A stretch of 61,610 nucleotides of DNA, filler included, from Nemertoderma westbladi (GCA_032718475.1; 3 parts of 3 records of this genome joined end to end with filler, not necessarily neighbours in it), one strand, 5' to 3'; positions 10,901-25,900 are shown, counted from the first letter of the whole stretch. Numbers and translations are program-made. The notes: generated by a model from the letters alone, not told the origin.

Positions 10901-13900
10901 TGGCGTCTTTAGTGTCTGTCTACTGTAACTGTGCGACTACAAGGTAGGTATTTCTACTATATTCGCAACACAATCTCACATCAAAACCGCCTCAAGTTAA
11001 AATTTATCTGACGTCCATCACCTGCTATAAGTTAACGAGACAGTCAGTAAACAAAACATCCACACAATTTTCATATTAATTAGTTAGAAGACCCTTTAGG
11101 CTTTAAAATGTTATCTAATTACCCAGAGGATTTTCATTGAATATGACCCACCTCTAAAAATGAGAAATGATACGTCTAACTTTATATTTGATAGGGAGAT
11201 TTGTCTATTTTTAATCTCTCTAATCGCTTTTATATTTTGAGTAGCCATAAATAATATAAATAATAACATTTTTCTTCCTAATCTGCCCTACTTAGGGAAT
11301 AAGAACAACGTCTTTTAAGTTTATAAAATATTCAATTGAATTAATTTATTGTGTAGTACTAGTAGTATTGATAATCGCACGGGCGTTTATTCGGTACGCG
11401 CGTTAAAGTTGCTAATAATTGGCATTATAACTTTTGTTGGGCACAGCTTTGCAAAGTCGGCAATGCCGTCTAGGTGGGATCGAACAGGTGATCTCCGGGT
11501 TGGATGTCTAACTCTCTGAAAGAGCCAACAAAAGTTATCCCAAGAAATGCGGTATTTGCGTTTTTGTCTCGTATTCATAAGACCTATGTAACCACCTTGA
11601 ACTACATACAATTGACGTTTTTTTATATTTTTCCAATATTATTTTAGGTTGTTGAGAATTACAAAGCAACTTTGAGTAAATTGGAAAGCCAGATGCAGAA
11701 CCGAGGGGATGGACCGTTGGTTCCGCTGACAATATCTACGAAATCTCAACTGGACGCGTTTCTGGAAGAGAAGAGACATCTACGAAAGGAGAACCTCCAA
11801 CTTAGAGAAGAACTACAGCGGGTTCAATCCCAGCAGGTAACCTAAATAGTGTTACAAACGGATTAATTACCACTTTTTGCACATTAAATTTAATCACCGG
11901 TAGGCCTACTTTTTGTTACTGCAGTACTTGTATAGCATTTGATGCAACTTTGTCGTGTTATGTTTACAGACTGGGACGGGTGAAATTATCGGATCCGACT
12001 GCGAAGAGGTTCTAAATAAAAGTGAAAGACAACTTCTGTTTAGTCAGATTGATAGAATGAGGAGACAGCTTGAGGCAGCATAGTAAGTTAATATAACAAC
12101 ACCCAATGTTTGGGTAGTAAGATCTTTATATAACAACACACAATGTTTGGGTAGTAAGATCTTTATATAACAACATCCAATGTTTGGGTAGTAAGATCTT
12201 TATATAACAACATCCAATGTTTGGGTAGTAAGATCTTTATATAACAACATCCAATGTTTGGGTAGTAAGATCTTTATATAACAACATCCAATGTTTGGGT
12301 AGTAAGATCTTTATATAACAACATCCAATGTTTGGGTAGTAAGATCTTTATATAACAACATCCAATGTTTGGGTAGTAAGATCTTTATATAACAAAATCC
12401 AATGTTTGGGTAGTAAGATCTTTATATAACAACACCAAATGTTTGGGTAGTAAGATCTTTATATAACAACATCCGAGTACCAGTTAAATAACTGGGAGCA
12501 AATCTTGGGATAGGAGTAGCGCCCACCCCTACCGTCGGGTAGCAGCTATCGAAAGAGGAGCCTTCGGGTCGCCTCCGGCTTCGGCCGACTGTTTGCTTTT
12601 TTTTTTATAACAACACCCAATGTTTGGGTAGTAAGATCTTTATAACAACACCCAATGTTTGGGTAGTAAGATCTTTATATAACAACACCCAATGTTTGGG
12701 TAGTAAGATCTTTATATAACAACACCCAATGTTTGGGTAGTAAGATCTTTATATAACAACACCCAATGTTTGGGTAGTAAGATCTTTATAACAACACACA
12801 ATGTTTGGGTAGTAAGATCTTTATATAACAACACACAATATTTTGGTAGTAAGATCTTTATATAACAACACCCAATGTTTGGGTAGTAAGATCTTTATAT
12901 AACAACACACAATGTTTGGGTAATAAGATCTTTATATAACAACAACAACACCCAATATTTGGGTAGTAAGATCTTTATATAACAACACACAATGTTTGGG
13001 TAGTAAGATCTTTATATAACAACACCCAATGTTTGGGTAGTAAGATCTTTATATAACAACACCCAATGTTTGGGTAGTAAGATCTTTATATAACAACACC
13101 CAATGTTTGGGTAGTAAGATCTTTATATAACAACACACAATGTTTGGGTAATAAGATCTTTATATAACAACACCCAATATTTGGGTAGTAAGATCTTTAT
13201 ATAACAACACACAATGTTTGGGTAATAAGATCTTTATATAACAACACCCAATATTTGGGTAGTAAGATCTTTATATAACAACACACAATATTTGGGTAGT
13301 AAGATCTTTATATAACAACACACAATGTTTGGGTAGTAAGATCTCTATATAACAACACACAATATTTTGGTAGTAAGATCTTTATATAACAACACACAAT
13401 GTTTGGGTAATAAGATCTTTATACAACAACACCCAATATTTGGGTAGTAAGATCTTTATATAACAACACACAATGTTTGGGTAATAAGATCTTTATATAA
13501 CAACACCCAATATTTGGGTAGTAAGATCTTTATATAACAACACACAATATTTGGGTAGTAAGATCTTTATATAACAACACACAATGTTTGGGTAGTAAGA
13601 TCTTTATATAACAACACCCAATGTTTGGGTAGTAAGATCTTTATATAACAACACCCAATGTTTGGGTAGTAAGATCTTTATATAACAACACCCAATGTTT
13701 GGGTAGTAAGATCTTTATATAACAACACACAATGTTTGGGTAATAAGATCTTTATATAACAACACCCAATATTTGGGTAGTAAGATCTTTATATAACAAC
13801 ACACAATATTTGGGTAGTAAGATCTTTATATAACAACACACAATGTTTGGGTAGTAAGATCTTTATATAACAACACCCAATATTTGGGTAGTAAGATCTT

Positions 13901-16900
13901 TATATAACAACACCCAATATTTGGGTAGTAAGATCTTTATATAACAACACACAATATTTGGGTAGTAAGATCTTTATATAACAACACACAATGTTTGGGT
14001 AGTAAGATCTTTATATAACAACACCCAATGTTTGGGTAGTAAGATCTTTATATAACAACACCCAATGTTTGGGTAGTAAGATCTTTATATAACAACACCC
14101 AATGTTTGGGTAGTAAGATCTTTATATAACAACACCCAATATTTGGGTAGTAAGATCTTTATATAACAACACACAATATTTGGGTAGTAAGATCTTTATA
14201 TAACAACACACAATATTTGGGTAGTAAGATCTTAATATAACAACACACAATGTTTGGGTAGTAAGATCTTTATATAACAACACACAATGTTTGGGTAATA
14301 AGATCTTTATATAACAACACCCAATATTTGGGTAGTAAGATCTTTATATAACAACACACAATATTTGGGTAGTAAGATCTTTATATAACAACACACAATA
14401 TTTGGGTAGTAAGATCTTTATATAACAACACACAATATTTGGGTAGTAAGATCTTTATATAACAACACACAATGTTTGGGTAGTAAGATCTTTATATAAC
14501 AACACAAAATGTTTGGGTAATAAGATCTTTATATAACAACACCCAATATTTGGGTAGTAAGATCTTTATATAACAACACACAATATTTGGGTAGTAAGAT
14601 CTTTATATAACAACACACAATATTTGGGTAGTAAGATCTTTATATAACAACACCCAATGTTTGGGTAGTAAGATCTTTATATAACAACACACAATATTTG
14701 GGTAGTAAGATCTTTATATAACAACACACAATGTTTGGGTAGTAAGATCTTTATATAACAACACCCAATATTTGGGTAGTAAGATCTTTATATAACAACA
14801 CCCAATGTTTGGGTAGTAAGATCTTTATAACAACACCCAATGTTTGGGTAGTAAGATCTTTATATAGCAACACACAATGTTTGGGTAGTAAGATCTTTAT
14901 ATAACAACACACAATGTTTGGGTAATAAGATCTTTATATAACAACACCCAATATTTGGGTAGTAAGATCTTTATATAACAACACACAATATTTGGGTAGT
15001 AAGATCTTTATATAACAACACACAATGTTTGGGTAGTAAGATCTTTATATAACAACACCCAATATTTGGGTAGTAAGATCTTTATATAACAACACACAAT
15101 GTTTGGGTAGTAAGATCTTTATATAACAACACCCAATGTTTGGGTAGTAAGATCTTTATATAACAACACCCAATGTTTGGGTAGTAAGATCTTTATATAA
15201 CAACACACAATGTTTGGGTAGTAAGATCTTTATATAACAACACCCAATGTTTGGGTAGTAAGATCTTTATATAACAACACCCAATGTTTGGGTAATAAGA
15301 TCTTTATATAACAACATCCGAGTACCAGTTAAATAACTGGGATCAAATCTTGGGATAGGAGTAGCGCCCACCCCTACCGTCGGGTAGCAGCTATCGAAAG
15401 AGGAGCCTTCGGGTCGCCTCCGGCTTCGGCCGACTGTTTGCTTTTTTTTTTTATAACAACACCCAATGTTTGGGTAGTAAGATCTTTATATAACAACACA
15501 CAATGTTTGGGTAGTAAGATCTTTATATAACAACACACAATGTTTGGGTAATAAGATCTTTATATAACAACACCCAATATTTTGGTAGTAAGATCTTTAT
15601 ATAACAACACCAAATGTTTGGGTAATAAGATCTTTATATAACAACACCCAATGTTTGGGTAGTAAGATCTTTATATAACAACACCCAATGTTTGGGTAGT
15701 AAGATCTTTATATAACAACACCAAATGTTTGGGTAGTAAGATCTTTATATAACAACACCTAATGTTTGGGTAGTAAGATCTTTATATAACAACACCAAAT
15801 GTTTGGGTAGTAAGATCTTTATATAACAACACCCAATGTTTGGGTAGTAAGATCTTTATATAACAACACCTAATGTTTGGGTAGTAAGATCTTTATATAA
15901 CAACACCAAATGTTTGGGTAGTAAGATCTTTATATAACAACACAAAATGTTTGGGTAGTAAGATCTTTATATAACAACACCCAATGTTTGGGTAGTAAGA
16001 TCTTTATATAACAACACCAAATGTTTGGGTAGTAAGATCTTTATATAACAACACCTAATGTTTGGGTAGTAAGATCTTTATATAACAACACCAAATGTTT
16101 GGGTAGTAAGATCTTTATATAACAACACCCAATGTTTGGGTAGTAAGATCTTTATATAACAACACCAAATGTTTGGGTAGTAAGATCTTTATATAACAAC
16201 ACCAAATGTTTGGGTAGTAAGATCTTTATATAACAACACCCAATGTTTGGGTAGTATGATCTTTATATAACAACACCCAATGTTTGGGTAGTAAGATCTT
16301 TATATAACAACACCCAATGTTTGGGTAGTAAGATCTTTATATAACAACAACCAATCTTTGGGTAGTAAGATCTTTATATAACAACACCCAATGTTTGGGT
16401 AGTAAGATCTTTATATACAACACCCAATGTTTGGGTAGTAAGATCTTTATATAACAACAACCAATCTTTGGGTAGTAAGATCTTTATATAACAACAACCA
16501 ATCTTTGGGTAGTAAGATCTTTATATAACAACACCCAATGTTTGGGTAGTAAGATCTTTATATAACAACACCCAATGTTTGGCTAGTAAGATCTTTATAT
16601 AACAACACCTAATGTTTGGGTAGTAAGATCTTTATATAACAACACCCAATGTTTGGGTAGTAAGATCTTTATATAACAACATCTAATGTTTGGGTAGTAA
16701 GATCTTTATATAACAACACCTAATGTTTGGGTAGTAAGATCTTTATATAACAACACCTAATGTTTGGGTAGTAAGATCTTTATATAACAACACCTAATGT
16801 TTGGGTAGTAAGATCTTTATATAACAACACCTAATGTTTGGGTAGTAAGATCTTTATATAACAACACCTAATGTTTGGGTAGTAAGATCTTTATATAACA

Positions 16901-19900
16901 ACACTTAATGTTTGGGTAGTAAGATCTTTATATAACAACACCTAATGTTTGGGTAGTAAGATCTTTATATAACAACACCTAATGTTTGGGTAGTAAGATC
17001 TTTATATAACAACACTTAATGTTTGGGTAGTAAGATCTTTATATAACAACACCTAATGTTTGGGTAGTAAGATCTTTATATAACAACACCTAATGTTTGG
17101 GTAGTAAGATCTTTATATAACAACACTTAATGTTTGGGTAGTAAGATCTTTATATAACAACACCTAATGTTTGGGTAGTAAGATCTTTATATAACAACAC
17201 CTAAGATTTGGGTAGTAAGATCTTTATATAACAACACTTAATGTTTGGGTAGTAAGATCTTTATATAACAACACCTAATGTTTGGGTAGTAAGATCTTTA
17301 TATAACAACACCTAATGTTTGGGTAGTAAGATCATTATATAACAACACCCAATGTTTGGGTAGTAAGATCTTTATATAACAACACCCAATGTTTGGGTAG
17401 TAAGATCTTTATATAACAACACCCAATGTTTGGGTAGTAAGATCTTTATATAACAACACCCAATGTTTGGGTAGTAAGATCTTTATATAACAACACCTAA
17501 TGTTTGGGTAGTAAGATCTTTATATAACAACACCCAATGTTTGGGTAGTAAGATCTTTATATAACAACACCCAATGTTTGGGTAGTAAGATCTTTATATA
17601 ACAACACCTAATGTTTGGGTAGTAATATCTTTATATAACAACACCCAATGTTTGGGTAGTAAGATCTTTATATAACAACACCCAATGTTTGGGTAGTAAG
17701 ATCTTTATATAACAACACCTAATGTTTGGGTAGTAAGATCTTTATATAACAACACCCAATGTTTGGGTAGTAAGATCTTTATATAACAACACCCAATGTT
17801 TGGGTAGTAAGATCTTTATATAACAACACCCAATGTTTGGGTAGTAAGATCTTTATATAACAACACCTAATGTTTGGGTAGTAAGATCTTTATATAACAA
17901 CACCCAATGTTTGGGTAGTAAGATCTTTATATAACAACACCCAATGTTTGGGTAGTAAGATCTTTATATAACAACACCTAATGTTTGGGTAGTAATATCT
18001 TTATATAACAACACCCAATGTTTGGGTAGTAAGATCTTTATATAACAACACCCAATGTTTGGGTAGTAAGATCTTTATATAACAACACCCAATGTTTGGG
18101 TAGTAAGATCTTTATATAACAACACCTAATGTTTGGGTAGTAAGATCTTTATATAACAACAACCAATGTTTGGGTAGTAAGATCTTTATATAACAACACC
18201 TAATGTTTGGGTAGTAAGATCTTTATATAACAACACCCAATGTTTGGGTAGTAAGATCTTTATATAACAACACCCAATGTTTGGGTAGTAAGATCTTTAT
18301 ATAACAACACCTAATGTTTGGGTAGTAAGATCTTTATATAACAACAACCAATGTTTGGGTAGTAAGATCTTTATATAACAACACCTAATGTTTGGGTAGT
18401 AAGATCTTTATATAACAACACCTAATGTTTGGGTAGTAAGATCTTTATATAACAACACCCAATGTTTGGGTAGTAAGATCTTTATATAACAACACCCAAT
18501 GTTTGGGTAGTAAGATCTTTATATAACAACACCTAATGTTTGGGTAGTAATATCTTTATATAACAACACCCAATGTTTGGGTAGTAAGATCTTTATATAA
18601 CAACACCCAATGTTTGGGTAGTAAGATCTTTATATAACAACACCCAATGTTTGGGTAGTAAGATCTTTATATAACAACACCTAATGTTTGGGTAGTAAGA
18701 TCTTTATATAACAACAACCAATGTTTGGGTAGTAAGATCTTTATATAACAACACCTAATGTTTGGGTAGTAAGATTTTTATATAACAACACCCAATGTTT
18801 GGGTAGTAAGATCTTTATATAACAACACCCAATGTTTGGGTAGTAAGATCTTTATATAACAACACCTAATGTTTGGGTAGTAAGATCTTTATATAACAAC
18901 AACCAATGTTTGGGTAGTAAGATCTTTATATAACAACACCTAATGTTTGGGTAGTAAGATCTTTATATAACAACACCTAATGTTTGGGTAGTAAGATCTT
19001 TATATAACAACAACCAATGTTTGGGTAGTAAGATCTTTATATAACAACACCTAATGTTTGGGTAGTAAGATCTTTATATAACAACACCCCATGTTTGGGT
19101 AGTAAGATCTTTATATAACAACACCCAATGTTTGGGTAGTAAGATCTTTATATAACAACACCTAATGTTTGGGTAGTAAGATCTTTATATAACAAAATCC
19201 AATGTTTGGGTAGTAAGATCTTTATATAACAACACCCAATGTTTGGGTAGTAAGATCTTTATATAACAACACACAATGTTTGGGTAGTAAGATCTTTATA
19301 TAACAACACCTAATGTTTGGGTAGTAAGATCTTTATATAACAACACCTAATGTTTGGGTAGTAAGATCTTTATATAACAACACTTAATGTTTGGGTAGTA
19401 AGATCTTTATATAACAACACCTAATGTTTGGGTAGTAAGATCTTTATATAACAACACCTAATGTTTGGGTAGTAAGATCTTTATATAACAACACCTAATG
19501 TTTGAGTAGTAAGATCTTTATATAACAACACCTAATGTTTGGGTAGTAAGATCTTTATATAACAACACCTAATGTTTGGGTAGTAAGATCTTTATATAAC
19601 AACACTTAATGTTTGGGTAGTAAGATCTTTATATAACAACACCTAATGTTTGGGTAGTAAGATCTTTATATAACAACACCTAATGTTTGGGTAGTAAGAT
19701 CTTTATATAACAACACTTAATGTTTGGGTAGTAAGATCTTTATATAACAACACCTAATGTTTGGGTAGTAAGATCTTTATATAACAACACCTAATGTTTT
19801 TGTAGTAAGATCATTATATAACAACACCCAATGTTTGGGTAGTAAGATCTTTATATAACAACACCCAATGTTTGGGTAGTAAGATCTTTATATAACAACA

Positions 19901-22900
19901 CCCAATGTTTGGGTAGTAAGATCTTTATATAACAACACCCAATGTTTGGGTAGTAAGATCTTTATATAACAACACCTAATGTTTGGGTAGTAAGATCTTT
20001 ATATAACAACACCCAATGTTTGGGTAGTAAGATCTTTATATAACAACACCCAATGTTTGGGTAGTAAGATCTTTATATAACAACACGTAATGTTTGGGTA
20101 GTAATATCTTTATATAACAACACCCAATGTTTGGGTAGTAAGATCTTTATATAACAACACCCAATGTTTGGGTAGTAAGATCTTTATATAACAACACCTA
20201 ATGTTTGGGTAGTAAGATCTTTATATAACAACACCCAATGTTTGGGTAGTAAGATCTTTATATAACAACACCCAATGTTTGGGTAGTAAGATCTTTATAT
20301 AACAACACCCAATGTTTGGGTAGTAAGATCTTTATATAACAACACCTAATGTTTGGGTAGTAAGATCTTTATATAACAACACCCAATGTTTGGGTAGTAA
20401 GATCTTTATATAACAACACCCAATGTTTGGGTAGTAAGATCTTTATATAACAACACCTAATGTTTGGGTAGTAATATCTTTATATAACAACACCCAATGT
20501 TTGGGTAGTAAGATCTTTATATAACAACACCCAATGTTTGGGTAGTAAGATCTTTATATAACAACACCCAATGTTTGGGTAGTAAGATCTTTATATAACA
20601 ACACCTAATGTTTGGGTAGTAAGATCTTTATATAACAACAACCAATGTTTGGGTAGTAAGATCTTTATATAACAACACCTAATGTTTGGGTAGTAAGATC
20701 TTTATATAACAACACCCAATGTTTGGGTAGTAAGATCTTTATATAACAACACCCAATGTTTGGGTAGTAAGATCTTTATATAACAACACCTAATGTTTGG
20801 GTAGTAAGATCTTTATATAACAACAACCAATGTTTGGGTAGTAAGATCTTTATATAACAACACCTAATGTTTGGGTAGTAAGATCTTTATATAACAACAC
20901 CTAATGTTTGGGTAGTAAGATCTTTATATAACAACACCCAATGTTTGGGTAGTAAGATCTTTATATAACAACACCCAATGTTTGGGTAGTAAGATCTTTA
21001 TATAACAACACCTAATGTTTGGGTAGTAATATCTTTATATAACAACACCCAATGTTTGGGTAGTAAGATCTTTATATAACAACACCCAATGTTTGGGTAG
21101 TAAGATCTTTATATAACAACACCCAATGTTTGGGTAGTAAGATCTTTATATAACAACACCTAATGTTTGGGTAGTAAGATCTTTATATAACAACAACCAA
21201 TGTTTGGGTAGTAAGATCTTTATATAACAACACCTAATGTTTGGGTAGTAAGATCTTTATATAACAACACCCAATGTTTGGGTAGTAAGATCTTTATATA
21301 ACAACACCCAATGTTTGGGTAGTAAGATCTTTATATAACAACACCTAATGTTTGGGTAGTAAGATCTTTATATAACAACAACCAATGTTTGGGTAGTAAG
21401 ATCTTTATATAACAACACCTAATGTTTGGGTAGTAAGATCTTTATATAACAACACCTAATGTTTGGGTAGTAAGATCTTTATATAACAACAACCAATGTT
21501 TGGTTAGTAAGATCTTTATATAACAACACCTAATGTTTGGGTAGTAAGATCTTTATATAACAACACCCAATGTTTGGGTAGTAAGATCTTTATATAACAA
21601 CACCCAATGTTTGGGTAGTAAGATCTTTATATAACAACACCTAATGTTTGGGTAGTAAGATCTTTATATAACAAAATCCAATGTTTGGGTAGTAAGATAT
21701 TTATATAACAACACCCAATGTTTGGGTAGTAAGATCTTTATATAACAACACACAATGTTTGGGTAGTAAGATCTTTATATAACAACACACAATATTTGGG
21801 TAGTAAGATCTTTATATAACAACACCTAATGTTTGGGTAGTAAGATCTTTATATAACAACACCTAATGTTTGGGTAGTAATAACAATTACCCGTCATGTT
21901 CGGATATATAATGAGCTCGTTATGTAATATCTATGAAACTTTGTTATAGATAACTATTCGTAAAGTTTGAATAAATTAAATTTTTTTGTTTTAGTGATCA
22001 AATGGAGGATTTTCAGATGAAAAATGACCGGCTAAGAATTGAAGTCGAAAAAGTAAAACAAGAAAAAGTCGCAGTAGATAATAATAATGGAGTCAGGTCA
22101 GACAATTAATACCGAGAAATTTTAAACTACAAATAAATATATTTGTCTGTTACTTTGTTAAATAAATATTATTATAATATGGAATGCTGCTAATGGTACT
22201 TAATTACTTTTTTTAGTATATTTAATGGCGGTATGAATGAAGACATGATTTCTTTAAGAGAACACAATAAGGATATGGATCAACGATTGGATGTAGCTAA
22301 TAATGTTAGTGGTGTTATAAAGTTACGATAAAGTTATTCTTTACGCACGCACACATATAAATTGTTATTATTATATTGACTAATTAAGGGAAAACCAACA
22401 CCAAATATAAATAATTTCCCTTATGAAAAAACTATTCAGTAAAAACAAAATGAAATTGAGAAAATTAATTTTGTTTAACTTTATTTTGTTGTAACAACAA
22501 CTATCCTGAGACAAGTAGCAAGAGCTATTAGGTCTACCTACCATATAGGTAGAATGGAGTGGAGTTCAGATTCGGTTTCTATCTGAGCATTATGTAAGGT
22601 AATAGCGGACATAAGTAAAACGAATTATCCCTAGAATTACCTTTCTGATAGATATTTTTTCGACTCCCCTTTTTTCAAATAATTATTGAATTAAATTGAA
22701 TTCACTCCATTCTTATTTTTAATCTTAAACCATGTCGGAATTATCAATAATAATTGATATAATTGTATATTATTCTAAGGAAAAAGCTGAGTTACAGAAA
22801 CGTTGCGAAATAAATGAGAAAGATGTAATGAAATTGGCGGCAGACAGGAAAGCTCTAAATTCTAAACTGAGGAAAACCTTGAGAGAGTTGGAGAAACTCA

Positions 22901-25900
22901 AAGTCTCTAAGGAAGCAGTTGAGGTAGGCGAGTTTCTTTGGTCATTCAGTTAAATTACATTGTTTTTGTGTTTATTAATAAGCTGTAGGCGGTTGAAGCA
23001 TCTGTTACCTTTATTTGTTTTTTGTATTTCTGTGTTTTCCGCCGTATTTAATTGTTTGTTTGCAGAGTGATTCCTCTAAGGCGATCCTAACGTTGAGTCA
23101 GCAAGTTGCAGAGTTGAAGTCTTCTGTCGTTGAATATAAGGAAAAACAGAACGCCAAGAACATCCAGTTACAATGCCTTACAGAAGAACTTACTAAACTC
23201 AAGATGGAAAATGAGCAGCTAATAGGATATAGTGGAATACTTGGGGCCGGGAGAGTCAGTGGGAGACCAGGAGATAAGGATACTGACGACGAAATAGAGA
23301 GGCTTCGGTTAGTTGAGTTGGGTGGGGGGCAGTTAAAGGTTCTGGGAGAGAGGTAGTTGCGTTTGAATAATAGGGGCAATAATTTTTCCCGCGCACAATA
23401 TCTTCGGAATTATTAATGTCATATTGTTTCAGGGTGATGCTCCTTGAGAAAGACCAAGATATGGTAAAATTACAGCAGTACCAACGCAACCAACAGAAGA
23501 GAGAATCTGATTGGACATCAGAACGCGTTACCTTAGTGAATCAGTGTAAAGAATTGGACGGGGAAGTCAATATGTTAGAAAATGATAAGGAATCATTAAC
23601 TCGGCGGTTGTTGGACAGAGAGCGGAGAGTTGATGAGTTAAAGAAACTTGTGGAACATTTAGAATTTACGGTATGTTAAGTTAATAATTAAGCCGGCGTA
23701 TCATACTTCTTATTATAGCCAAGTTAAATAGTTATTTATTTACATATTTAATTTTAGTTTTTTTAAGTTTACTTTCATTCCTATACCTAGACATCACCTA
23801 TTGTTCAGTGCATTTTCAGTATATAAACATTGTAAATATAATTAAATAAATAGATAACTTTTGTCCAAAATTTTTAGCGCATCTTATTATTTTTCTGTTA
23901 CAGGTGGAAGAAAACACGATTGAATTGGATGTTAAAGACCAGAAATCAGTGAGCCAATCACCGACTAGCTCCAAACATTCCAGCCAATCACCGGGTAGCC
24001 CAACCCGACACCCCCCGACTGAACCAGAGTTTGGGACAGAACCCCTACTTGCGAAGGCAGTGGGCGTTACCTGTCCACATTGTCAGGGCAACGTAGAATT
24101 GTCAATGGAACATCAGTCTTTATTATCAAAAGTAAGTCAACTATATTGTCAGACAGTCAAACTGTAAAGTAATTGCAGGTCTATCGTCAGATATCACTAC
24201 AATCATCCATGCGTTCAGGCTCCATATAGCCTACGACTAAAGATATTGGGAATTTCACTCTGCACTTTACCATAACTTACACTGCCATTGTTAGTAACTG
24301 GTGCGTCAGCCTAACGGTATGGGAACCCGTCTTTTGCTGATGGAGTAAACAATAGGATTAAAAACGTTAACAAATGTTCACCCTTGTGCACAAGGGTTCT
24401 CCCTGCGCTACAGCTATCAACCAAAAGAGAGAAGCCTTAGGGTTGTACTGGTGTTTAGTATTTTACGTAACTGATATACTTCCTTATCTCGACTCATGAC
24501 ACTAAACTAACACGAAACTAAACTGTGACGCGCAGGTAAAAGCCTGTAAAATCCAAATAGGGGTAACTTTCAACGCTATCAAAATTCATCCCTCTTCAGG
24601 AGAAAATCGACGCAAATAACCCTGCTGATTACTCTCGAAAATCAAAATGAAAATACAACCTTTTCTATTGTGTTTCGTTTATTGTTTTCGTTTGAATAAC
24701 GCGCCACTGTAACCTGCTCCTTTCCATAAATTGCGCATTTAATATTGAGGCGGGATATAACTTCGCCGAGATGGGATTTGCGACGAGCGATTATTCTACA
24801 TTATTGTCTTTTTTTATTTTTTATTTAATGTCTTCAACAACATGGCCTGATCATTTATGGTAATAATGGTGCATGACAAAATTGTCCACTAGCCAACACT
24901 TTTCTGTATTCCTTAATAAACCTCTATAACTACCGGTATTTATTTTTTAAATTTAAAATAGCTTAATATTTATTTTGCTTGCAGCCGTTATACGTAGAGT
25001 CCTGTATCTATAATGTAGAGTAGGATCTTTAAATAAAAAAAAGTAAAAGTAAAGTAAATTTTCTTCGGCCACTAGGCCAGGGATTACGCACAAGGTCTGA
25101 CGACTTATTTCCAGTGCGGTCCCCCCAGAACTTTACTCCCCAGAGGAAACTCCACTACTCATTTAGCTACCACTTAAGGATGCAAGGCAGAGAGATGCGC
25201 CCTGGCTGGTCCCTTTAAAGCATTCGTGCCGAAACGAAAACTGCCCTGACCCAATTGAGGATCGAACCCACGCCCTACAGGAGATGTGAATTCAATGCAA
25301 ACACTACACCAAGGTGGAACCTTAGTGTTATGTTATGTTATGTTATGTTATGTTATGTTATGTTATGTTATGTTATGTTATGTTATGTTATGTTATGTTA
25401 TGTTATGTTATGTTATGTTATGTTAAATACGGTATACAGTAACTCTTATTATGGGTTATATTATGGTTTTCATAATTTAAGTTTAAAATAATATTCACCA
25501 ATTATAATAAGTCGTTCTTTTAGCCTATATCTCAAAGTCTTTTAGACTGAGTTCTTTGTTTGATTAAAATAATAGTAATAATTATGATTTTTCTATTTTC
25601 TTATTAAAGATAAACCAACTAACAGACAACCTCAGAGTGGCTCAGAAAATGAAGCGAGAAATGGAATTAAAAATAAATTCACTTAAAGAAGAACTTACAA
25701 ATATTAAAAACAAGGTAATAAGTTAGGACCAGAAGCAGAAGTGGAATTATATCCGAAGTATAGTTTTATACTGTAGTATTATTTGCGCCATGTAACCGCA
25801 TATGGTAATTAATATTAAACATTGTATAGGCCTACAGTAGTATTAATTGTTAACATTACGTAATATAACGTAAACCATAATATACAGTACAACGATGTTG

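Larger units (their letters stand above)
12081..21880 (+). repeat. Intronic tandem array, 37-bp unit TAGTAAGATCTTTATATAACAACACCCAATGTTTGGG, about 255-260 copies
   Basis: Directly visible, period 37 (e.g. 12721 to 12758). The unit contains an ACCCAA-tgt-TTGGGT hairpin and an AAGATCTT palindrome. It fills almost the whole intron 12083-21994. Confidence 0.98.

Noticed and set aside
12081-21880. CRISPR array (37-bp period; minus strand reads GTTGTT...CCCAAAC)
   Set aside because: Units are head-to-tail with no unique spacers, there are no cas genes, and the context is a spliceosomal intron. The two inserts are the same SINE fragment.
12081-21880. Recursive splice sites in the array
   Set aside because: The unit has no polypyrimidine-AG|GT junction; only donor-like motifs are present.
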